NCBI GenBank assembly: GCA_036679605.1
Contig: JAZDCZ010000180.1
Span: forward strand, 116,967-180,966
Reading direction: 5' to 3'
DNA: 64,000 nt
From: Gemmatimonadota bacterium
Lineage (GTDB): Bacteria > Gemmatimonadota > Gemmatimonadetes > Gemmatimonadales > GWC2-71-9
In this document: positions 56,831 through 64,000 of the stretch, one piece after another
Position numbering within the stretch: the first letter of the stretch is position 1
Layout of the letters: every line of letters begins with the position of its first letter
Program-made: the position numbers and the translations under genes
Notes under the pieces: model-generated
The model's input: the letters and a program-made list of their open reading frames with translations, nothing else
The model's database searches: none
What the model was told of the DNA's origin: nothing

Positions 56831-59232
56831 GTGATATCAAGTACGCACTGCGATCGCTTGCCTCGCATCCGGCTTTTACGATCGTCGTCATAGTAACGCT
56901 AGCACTCGCGATCGGACTCAACACCGCGATTTTCAGTGTGCTGGACGGAGTGTTGCTCCGTGCTCTTCCTTATGATGAGCCCGAACAGATCGTCATGCTG
57001 TGGGAAAGCAACCGCGAGCAAGGCCTCGAGGAGGTGCAGGTATCGGGTGCCACCTACCTCGATTGGCGCGAGCGCTCGAGCACGTTCGATGCAATCGCCG
57101 CGTATCGCTACCACGGATACACGCTGACGGAAGTAGGCGATCCGGTTCGCGTTGCGAGTGTGGACGTATCGCCCGCCCTGTTCTCAGTTCTCAGGGCCGG
57201 CGCCGTACTGGGCCGCACGTTCTCGGCGTCCGAAGAAGCACCCGGCAATGAGAATCTGACGATCCTGAGCCACGGATCGTGGACTCGGCGTTTCGGCAGC
57301 AACCCCGGTATCATCAACTCGAGCATTCTTCTGGACGGCGAACCTCACACGGTCATCGGCGTCATGCCGCGCGAATTCCAGTTCCCCGCCGGCGACTCCG
57401 ACGTAGAGATCTGGTCTCCTCTGACTTTGGACCCGGAAGCGCTCTTGAGTCGGCCGCACCGAATGTACAACGCCATCGGAAGGATGACGGCCGGCATTAC
57501 CCTTCAGCAGGCCGCATCAGAGATGAACACGATCGCGGCGCAGATCGCTCAGGAAAACCCAGAGTCAAATGAGGGCTGGGGCGTGACATTGATTCCGGCA
57601 CACGAGCAACTCGTCGGTGCCATCGAGACGACACTCTGGGTGCTGTTCGGAGCCGTCACTCTCGTGCTGCTGATCGGGTGCGCCAACGTAGCGAACCTGG
57701 TGCTTGTGCGTTCGGCTGAGTCCACAAGAGACTTTGCAGTGCGCGCCACGCTTGGCGCATCTGCATTCTCGCTCGTGCGTCGGTCCATGACTGAGAGCAT
57801 GATACTGGCCGTCGGCGGCGGCCTGACAGGATTGCTGGTAGCGTGGGGTGGCGTGGGCGTGTTGCGCAGTATCATCCCCGACACTGTCCCCCGCATCAAT
57901 GAGATCGGCCTCGACTCAACGGTCCTGGGCTTCACGGCGTTCCTTGCCATAACCTCCGGGTTGCTTTTCGGCCTATTCCCCGCGCTCCGCAGCTTGCAGC
58001 CGAATCTCGTACGGATTTTGAACGACACCAGCCGTGGCACCTCGCTCGGAAGGCGCGGGCTTCGCCTGAGTCACCTCCTAGTAGTGAGCGAGGTGGCTCT
58101 TGCTCTGATACTGCTGACCGGTGCCGGGCTGATGATCCGGAGCTTCGTCCGTCTGGCTAACCAAGATCCCGGCTTTCGCAGCGACGGCATAGTGTCGGTA
58201 GTCGTGTCACTCTCGGAATCACGGTACCAAACTTCCGGCCAGCAGCGAGAGTTTTATTCAGACCTGTCGGCCCGCGTGAAGCAACTCCCGGGGGTCAATG
58301 AGGCCGGGCTCGTTTCCGCTCTTCCGATGAGCGCTCTTGGGACCGAGTTCGAGATACCGTTCACCGTCGAGGGACTCGAGGCCTCTTCCCCATCGGAACG
58401 GCCGCGCGCCGATTATAGAGGAGTGATGCCGGGCTACTTCCGGGCGATGGCGATTCCATTGGTGCAGGGCCGGCTCATGGACGAATTCGATGGCGGCGAT
58501 GGACGAGCAGTCGCGCTCGTGAACGAGACATTGGCGCGCCGCTACTTCAGAGGCGTCGACCCACTCGATCAAGTAGTGCAGATGCCCATGGCCGGCGAAC
58601 TCCAGATCGTGGGCGTCGTAGGGGATGTCCATCACCGCGGATTGCAGTCGGAGGCAAGACCGGAAGTGTTCGTTCCGTTTGCACAACTCCCGCTACGCGA
58701 AATGCACGTTGTTGTTCACACCGACCAGGAACCCACCAGCATCGTCCGAGCGGTACGTGCTGAGATTCTCGCGATAGACCCCGAGTTGCCGATAACTGCG
58801 ACTTTCACAATGAACGAGTTGCTTTCTGCTTCCATCGCCCAGCAGCGCTTCAACATGGCACTGCTTATCGGACTCGCGTTCTGCGCGGTAGTGATCGCTG
58901 CCGTTGGCATATACGGTGTGGTGTCGTACTCAGTGACATTACGCCAACAAGAGATCGGAGTCCGCATGGCACTCGGCGCGGTCGGTGCCGACACCGTTCA
59001 AATGATCGTGGGCCAGGCTTTGAGGGTAGTTGGAGTCGGTGTCATCGTGGGGCTCGGCGGCTCCGTGGCCCTGACAAGATTGATCGCCAGCCTGCTCTTC
59101 GACGTGAGTCCAATCGATCCGGTAACGTACATTTCCGTGAGCCTGGGAGTTGTGATAGTCGCGGCGGCGGCAGCAGCGATTCCAGCCATGAGGGCAGCAC
59201 GACTGGACCCGGTTGCAGCGTTGAGACAGTAG
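56827..59232 (+). CDS. Duplicated orphan ABC permease (ADOP; MacB/FtsX)
   Basis: DIKYALRSL, LAIGLNTAIFS, LLIGCANVANL, GIYGVVSYSV...EIGVRMALGA, DPVAALR; no ATPase gene nearby. Confidence 0.92.
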   Translation: MSDIKYALRSLASHPAFTIVVIVTLALAIGLNTAIFSVLDGVLLRALPYDEPEQIVMLWESNREQGLEEVQVSGATYLDWRERSSTFDAIAAYRYHGYTLTEVGDPVRVASVDVSPALFSVLRAGAVLGRTFSASEEAPGNENLTILSHGSWTRRFGSNPGIINSSILLDGEPHTVIGVMPREFQFPAGDSDVEIWSPLTLDPEALLSRPHRMYNAIGRMTAGITLQQAASEMNTIAAQIAQENPESNEGWGVTLIPAHEQLVGAIETTLWVLFGAVTLVLLIGCANVANLVLVRSAESTRDFAVRATLGASAFSLVRRSMTESMILAVGGGLTGLLVAWGGVGVLRSIIPDTVPRINEIGLDSTVLGFTAFLAITSGLLFGLFPALRSLQPNLVRILNDTSRGTSLGRRGLRLSHLLVVSEVALALILLTGAGLMIRSFVRLANQDPGFRSDGIVSVVVSLSESRYQTSGQQREFYSDLSARVKQLPGVNEAGLVSALPMSALGTEFEIPFTVEGLEASSPSERPRADYRGVMPGYFRAMAIPLVQGRLMDEFDGGDGRAVALVNETLARRYFRGVDPLDQVVQMPMAGELQIVGVVGDVHHRGLQSEARPEVFVPFAQLPLREMHVVVHTDQEPTSIVRAVRAEILAIDPELPITATFTMNELLSASIAQQRFNMALLIGLAFCAVVIAAVGIYGVVSYSVTLRQQEIGVRMALGAVGADTVQMIVGQALRVVGVGVIVGLGGSVALTRLIASLLFDVSPIDPVTYISVSLGVVIVAAAAAAIPAMRAARLDPVAALRQ

Positions 59233-60005
59233 TGCGAACGGATTCTTTCTTTGTTATCGGACTCTTCGCGATCGGCGCAGTGGGGTGCAGTAGACAGACG
59301 GATGGGACCAAAGACGCTTCTGCCGACCCCGATCGATCTGCCGCAAAAGCATTGTTGTCCCGCGCGATCGCATACCACGATCCAAACGCTGTATGGGCTA
59401 GCAGCACAATACGTATCGATTGGATAGGCACCGGTAACGACGGCTCCGAACGAGTTGCCGTCCAATTCACTCTGCATCCTGATGGGTCGACGTTTGAGCT
59501 AAGCGGACGGTATCGTGGATCCACTCTCGAGTATCGAACCGAGGGCTCCGAATGGAGTGCCACTGTAGATGGCGAGTCCAACCTCGACACCGAGACGCTC
59601 AAGAGAATGCGCCTCGATCGGGAGGATGGCTTTTATTGGCGCAGCTATTATGGGTTTCTCACCGGTCTGCCAATGAAACTGTCGGACCCGGGAACGCTCA
59701 TCGATCCGGAACCGATTGATACCACCTTCAACGGCGAGCGAGTGCTCGCACTGCGCGTGACCTACGATCCTGAGGTCGGTACTGACAGTTGGTATTTCTA
59801 TTTCGATCCTGAGACAGCGGCCCTAGTTGGATGCCGTTTCAATCACGACGAAGCCGCGAATGACGGCGAGTACATAGTTCTGGACGGTGTGATCGAATCA
59901 GGTGGTGTAAGGCTGCCGCGCAAGCGAAGCTGGTACACGAACAAGGAAAACCGCTTCCTGGGCGCAGATGAGATCCGTGTGCTGGAACTGACGTCCGGAA
60001 GCTAG
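59232..60005 (+). CDS. Lipoprotein, DUF6503-like
   Basis: Lipobox AVGC, AIAYHDP, YYGFL.GLPMKL.DPGT, VTYDPEVGTDSWYFYFD. Confidence 0.7.
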   Translation: MRTDSFFVIGLFAIGAVGCSRQTDGTKDASADPDRSAAKALLSRAIAYHDPNAVWASSTIRIDWIGTGNDGSERVAVQFTLHPDGSTFELSGRYRGSTLEYRTEGSEWSATVDGESNLDTETLKRMRLDREDGFYWRSYYGFLTGLPMKLSDPGTLIDPEPIDTTFNGERVLALRVTYDPEVGTDSWYFYFDPETAALVGCRFNHDEAANDGEYIVLDGVIESGGVRLPRKRSWYTNKENRFLGADEIRVLELTSGS

Positions 60006-60062
60006 GTTCTGCCTCCCCACTCTCCCGTTCAGTGAGCAACCACATCATACCGGAGAACTACC

Positions 60063-60980
60063 ATGAAGCATGCGTTCGCCATCGCCCTAGTCTTTACGGG
60101 CCTCATCACCCCTACCCTTGCAGCCCAGACCAACCCGCTCTGGTCGGAATCGAAGATCAAGAACTATCTCCCGCACATGACGCGCCCCGAGGTCGAGGAC
60201 CTCTTGACGCGTTCGGACATGGCGATCATTCCCGTCACATCGTTGGAGCAGCACGGATTGCATCTTCCAATCGGTTCTGATTTGATTGGCGGCATCGAGC
60301 GCGCCAAGCTCATCGTTCAACAAACGGACGCTCTCGTGGTACCGATCTTGTTTCCGGGCCAGTCACCGTATCACATGGGGTTCGCCGGCACCGTGACGCT
60401 GCCATCAGAGTTGATCCAGGCAGTCTACGTGGAAGCGGTGAAGAGTCTCATACATCATGGATTCAAGCGCTTCCTCATATTGAACGCGCACGGTGGCAAC
60501 CGGGCAATCACCACATTTATCGTCGATCGTATCAATCAAGAGACATCGGGAATCGCGGTCGACTTGGGAGCGGCGGCCGGGCCATTCATGACACGCAGCT
60601 CAGCACCGCGGAGCACAGTGTTCGATCGGCACGGTGGCGTCGGCGAAACGTCGAGCATCATGTACCTCGCACCCAACCTCGTCGATCTCGCGAGCGCTAG
60701 GACCGCAACGCTAACCATGCCTGAGCATATGGAACGGATGGTTCCCGATGTACTCGCCGGTGATCGCACCGCGCTCACTGTACTCCTAGCCGAAGGACTC
60801 AAGGCGGAGGAGACGGGCAAGCATACATCTGCTCGCGAGATGTCATCGACGGGTGTTTGGGGCGTGCGCGACCTTAGCGAATCGACTGCGGCACAGGGAC
60901 GAGACGCCACTGTACGGTTTGTAGACGCAGCAGTGAGATTCATCGAACGCTGGAAGGAGCTGCGCCCGATGGGTCGGTAG
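60063..60980 (+). CDS. Creatininase family protein with signal peptide
   Basis: EQHGLHLPIGSD, SPYHMGFAGT, NAHGGN, DRHGGVGETS. Confidence 0.9.
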   Translation: MKHAFAIALVFTGLITPTLAAQTNPLWSESKIKNYLPHMTRPEVEDLLTRSDMAIIPVTSLEQHGLHLPIGSDLIGGIERAKLIVQQTDALVVPILFPGQSPYHMGFAGTVTLPSELIQAVYVEAVKSLIHHGFKRFLILNAHGGNRAITTFIVDRINQETSGIAVDLGAAAGPFMTRSSAPRSTVFDRHGGVGETSSIMYLAPNLVDLASARTATLTMPEHMERMVPDVLAGDRTALTVLLAEGLKAEETGKHTSAREMSSTGVWGVRDLSESTAAQGRDATVRFVDAAVRFIERWKELRPMGR

Positions 60981-60997
60981 ACCAGGTAATCGGAAAC

Positions 60998-61624
60998 CTA
61001 GTTTACGAGAAAGTCTACGACCAGCTTCTCGCCTGGACTCTCGGATTCGAGCAGGAGCGTGAACTTGTGGCCCTTGATGCCGGTAGACGGCTTTGGGAAG
61101 TAAATGAAATCAGTCATGTAGAAAAAGTGCGGCAATTCGATTGCATTGCTGGTAAGATCGCTCCGCGTCTCGATACTGGTAGACCTGGCCGGTGTGAACT
61201 TGTTAGAGTAGTACCGGTACGCACCAAAACTCGTGCGGGCAATGGTGGGCATCTCAGACAGAGCCGACCGATCCATCGCCAAGAAGTCGTACTGTTCGAG
61301 CAACTCGCGAGGCTCGGTCATGCGATAACGGTTTCCCTGTTCGTCGACCAACACAAATGATTCTCTAGTCAGCCTGAAGGCGCCATCACCGCGGTACGCA
61401 ACGCCGATCTCAACGGGCATGTACTCCGCGCTGGCACGATACCCCGCCGCGCGAGTACCGACAATGAGAGTAATCTCCTCACCGTATTCAGCGTACGCAT
61501 ACGTCGAGATCTTGTAGCTCAGACCCACTGGCGCCGCATCGCTTGCGGGAATGGTGCGGGAACAAGCCGCTCCAGCTAACACCAGTGCGATGACAATCCA
61601 TGAATACAGCGAATTGGTCTGCAT
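60998..61624 (-). CDS. Hypothetical lipoprotein
   Basis: Lipobox LAGAAC; fills the gap between neighbouring genes. Confidence 0.65.
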   Translation of the reverse strand: MQTNSLYSWIVIALVLAGAACSRTIPASDAAPVGLSYKISTYAYAEYGEEITLIVGTRAAGYRASAEYMPVEIGVAYRGDGAFRLTRESFVLVDEQGNRYRMTEPRELLEQYDFLAMDRSALSEMPTIARTSFGAYRYYSNKFTPARSTSIETRSDLTSNAIELPHFFYMTDFIYFPKPSTGIKGHKFTLLLESESPGEKLVVDFLVN

Positions 61625-61795
61625 ATGAGAAAGCTATGGACATGGCGCGACTCGTCAACTCCGTCATTGCTGGGCCGCATACGCCACCTGTCGCAACGCC
61701 ATGACGTAGACTAAGTTTAGTTGACCCGCTGGGACTCCACGCGGGAGCGTCAGCCTTGCCCCTCACCAATCAAAGTGTGTGCAGAGAGACATTTC

Positions 61796-62344
61796 ATGAG
61801 AAATCAACTAACCAGAGCCGCTGTCTGCCTTTCCCTTTTGGTATCGACGATATCATGCGAAGTCGAGGACGATTCGGACGATGACCTGAACGTTGCTACC
61901 GTTCGTGCCTTTCTGATAGAAGGCCTCGAGAAGAACAAGGAAATGGACATCCAGTTCGCACATGCCATCCCGGACTCAGCCCTGCGTTGGGCACCGAACG
62001 CCGACGTGCGCGATTTCGCCGAGCAGGTGGTGCATACCGCCGACAACTCATGGGCGGCTTCGGGTCTGGGAATCGAGACCCACGCTTTCGGAGACACAGC
62101 CGTGGTATTGAACGACGGTGAGGCACTCGCCGAGGCCGTTGCACTGGCTTACGATTGGATTCTGAATGCGGTAAGGGAGCTACCGGATGAGAAGTTCACA
62201 GAGGCCGTGGAGTTCTTTGGGGCCGAGACTCAAAGGTGGCGCGTCTTCATGCAGGTAATCGAGCACGCGACTTGGACGCGTGGACAGATGGTGCCGTACT
62301 TCCACGTTCATGGAGTGCCGGTGCCGGAAGTCAGGTTTTTCTAG
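61796..62344 (+). CDS. DinB family lipoprotein
   Basis: Lipobox TISC; WAP..DVRDFAEQVVH; EHATWTRGQMVPY...GVPVP. Confidence 0.8.
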   Translation: MRNQLTRAAVCLSLLVSTISCEVEDDSDDDLNVATVRAFLIEGLEKNKEMDIQFAHAIPDSALRWAPNADVRDFAEQVVHTADNSWAASGLGIETHAFGDTAVVLNDGEALAEAVALAYDWILNAVRELPDEKFTEAVEFFGAETQRWRVFMQVIEHATWTRGQMVPYFHVHGVPVPEVRFF

Positions 62345-62364
62345 GCTCAGCTCGCGGTTCTATC

Positions 62365-62604
62365 ATGAGCCCGACAATACTTCGAGAAAAAGGATATCGG
62401 TTCTTTTTCTTCTCACGTGAAGAAATGAGAATGCACATTCATGTCCAGAGTGAGAACGGAGAGGCAAAGTTTTGGTTGACACCGAAGCTGGAACTGGCTC
62501 GCAATTTTCGGTTGTCGGGAGTAGAATTGAGAGAGGCTGAGGAAATCATTGAGGCGCACTACGATGACTTTGCAACCGCTTGGGAAAAACACTTCGGAGC
62601 TTGA
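62365..62604 (+). CDS. DUF4160 protein
   Basis: MSPTILREKGYRFFFFSREE.RMHIHV...GEAKFWL. Confidence 0.9.
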   Translation: MSPTILREKGYRFFFFSREEMRMHIHVQSENGEAKFWLTPKLELARNFRLSGVELREAEEIIEAHYDDFATAWEKHFGA

Positions 62605-62824
62605 GATCACGCATGTATCGAGTCACGGCGTGTGGTTGCTGACACGAGACCGTGAACTTTTTATGGCGTATGTCGATTTTCCGTGGTTCAAGGACGCTGC
62701 GATCGGAAAGATCCTCAACGTAACAGAGCCAAGACGCGGTCATTTCTTCTGGCCTGATCTGGATGTAGATCTGGATATTGAGTCAATTGAACACCCGGAG
62801 CGGTTCCCCCTCAGAGCACGGTAG
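62564..62824 (+). CDS. DUF2442 protein
   Basis: HGVWLL...ELFM.Y.DFPWFKDA...WPDLDVDL...HPERFPL; overlaps DUF4160. Confidence 0.9.
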   Translation: MTLQPLGKNTSELEITHVSSHGVWLLTRDRELFMAYVDFPWFKDAAIGKILNVTEPRRGHFFWPDLDVDLDIESIEHPERFPLRAR

Positions 62825-62943
62825 GCGACTTCTCCACCAGGGTTCGTCACGCTGGTCCCAGCGGGCACAAGGGCTATCTAGTACATTCGGTTGCCACACT
62901 GCACCAACCGGCAGACACCTCAATTCTCTTCGCGGGAGGAAAC

Positions 62944-63804
62944 GTGAAGCATAGTTCGTTCATACGGGGGCTCATCTTGGTAGCGGGTGTCGCCACACTC
63001 ACGAGTTGCGTTGCCGCCGGTGGTGCCAGCGATGCGGCCGCGTCTCGAAACGGCAATCTTCTCGATGGCGTGGAAAAATCTCTCGTAGTTGTGGGCTACT
63101 CCACCTCGTATGCCTGGCCGCAGATGCTCCAGGAAATGTTGGACGAACACAGCGGTGGCACACGTACGTACCACATACTCAACGCTGTCATAGGAGGGTC
63201 CCCCGTGGGCCGGTGGATCGCACCGCCGGACTCGCAGGATTTTCAAGACACCTACGGAGCCATGCGCAACGATTTTTTCGGCAGTGGCGCCCGTCTACGT
63301 GGCTCCGCGCCCGCACCCACCGTAGCTATTCTCCAGAATTCGCTTCAGAGAACGCCCACGCGGGCAACTCGACTGGGCCCAGTCACCTCGGCAAACGACG
63401 AAACAGGAATCGAAATTGGGGCCGACGCTCTCGAGCGCCTAGTCGCTCAGCTCCGTGAAGACGGAGTCGAGCGAGTGTACATAGCCATGCACATCTACAA
63501 AGAGGGCTTCGAACCCGAAGTAGGCAACGAGCGGTTTGCGCTGGCTGCCCTGCTCCGGCGAGGTCGAGACTTCATCTTTGAGGGCCCCGATGTCTGGTCA
63601 CTGACAATTCGCGAACATCCCGAAGCGTTTACCGAAGACCGGCTGCATCCCAACGAGCGCGGCGCGAAGATCATGGCCGAGGCATGGTACCGAGCGTTGG
63701 CCGGAAGTGATGTACGCCAAGAGATCATCGATGCAATGCAAGCGCGATCCTATGACGTTGACGCAATGATGAACGAGTATTTGGCTTGGCGTCGTGGCTC
63801 GTAG
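62944..63804 (+). CDS. SGNH/GDSL hydrolase-like lipoprotein
   Basis: Lipobox LTSC; VVVGYSTS block I, NAVIGG, DRLHPNERG block V. Confidence 0.78.
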   Translation: MKHSSFIRGLILVAGVATLTSCVAAGGASDAAASRNGNLLDGVEKSLVVVGYSTSYAWPQMLQEMLDEHSGGTRTYHILNAVIGGSPVGRWIAPPDSQDFQDTYGAMRNDFFGSGARLRGSAPAPTVAILQNSLQRTPTRATRLGPVTSANDETGIEIGADALERLVAQLREDGVERVYIAMHIYKEGFEPEVGNERFALAALLRRGRDFIFEGPDVWSLTIREHPEAFTEDRLHPNERGAKIMAEAWYRALAGSDVRQEIIDAMQARSYDVDAMMNEYLAWRRGS

Positions 63805-63811
63805 AGGCTGT

Positions 63812-63888
63812 AACCACGGCTAAAGCCGCGGCTCGGAGGTTGTCACTAAAGTGACGCCCGAGACTTGCGGTCGCTTGAGCGACAGATG
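63812..63888. repeat. REP-like cluster of three short hairpins
   Basis: CCACGGC-TAAA-GCCGCGG, GTCAC-TAAA-GTGAC, GTCGC-TTGA-GCGAC in succession. Confidence 0.6.
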
Positions 63889-64000
63889 ATAGGGGTAGGG
63901 AGAACCGATTGGTTTCGGTCCCCCCTCCCTCCGAACCGGACGTGCGGTTCTACCGCATCCGGCTCTCCAGTTGGCGGTCTTACCCCTCAAGAGGATTGAC
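63889..64000 (-). mobile_element. Group II intron 3' end (domains V and VI); remainder outside window
   Basis: Minus strand GAGAGCCGGATGCGGTAGAACCGCACGTCCGGTTC (domain V, AGC triad) then GGAGGGAGGGGGGACCGA...TCGGTTCTCCCTACCCCTAT (domain VI, AY end). Confidence 0.9.

Noticed and set aside
1..64000. tRNA, rRNA, CRISPR array, integrase or transposase genes
   Set aside because: None recognised by eye; tRNAscan-SE, Infernal and CRISPRCasFinder runs would be needed to exclude them formally.

Overview
GC-rich bacterial chromosomal window. Gene content (ADOP-type orphan permeases, EcxA-like protease, many exported hydrolases, Bat operon) suggests Gemmatimonadota or a similar diderm lineage; this is inference only. 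Layout: (1) 1-10.5 kb, minus-strand housekeeping run: SRAP, cls, IYD-like nitroreductase, terB, tilS, hpt, ftsH, folP, cdaA and a DUF2723 gene that runs off the window and is missing from the ORF track. (2) 10.6-22 kb, exported peptidases, ggt, a hybrid kinase and a divergent NorCB-like heme-copper-superfamily pair with altered metal ligands. (3) 22-31.2 kb, a fluoride riboswitch, crcB and DUF190, followed on the same strand by a complete moxR/DUF58/bat operon. (4) 31.4-46.8 kb, an accessory island bounded by two broken genes, containing a collapsed brnTA remnant, a RelE/ParE module, a cytoplasmic trypsin-like protease and a type I R-M locus with an internally deleted AlbA_2/Schlafen gene and a YgjP-like gene. 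(5) 47-64 kb, pdxH, a large beta-helix/RCC1 surface lipoprotein, a non-canonical GGT plus orphan permease, a DUF4160/DUF2442 pair and the 3' end of a group II intron beside a REP-like hairpin cluster. The best novelty candidate is the NorCB-like enzyme, followed by the R-M-linked protease/Schlafen locus and the intron insertion site. All family calls come from motifs recognised by eye; no searches were run.
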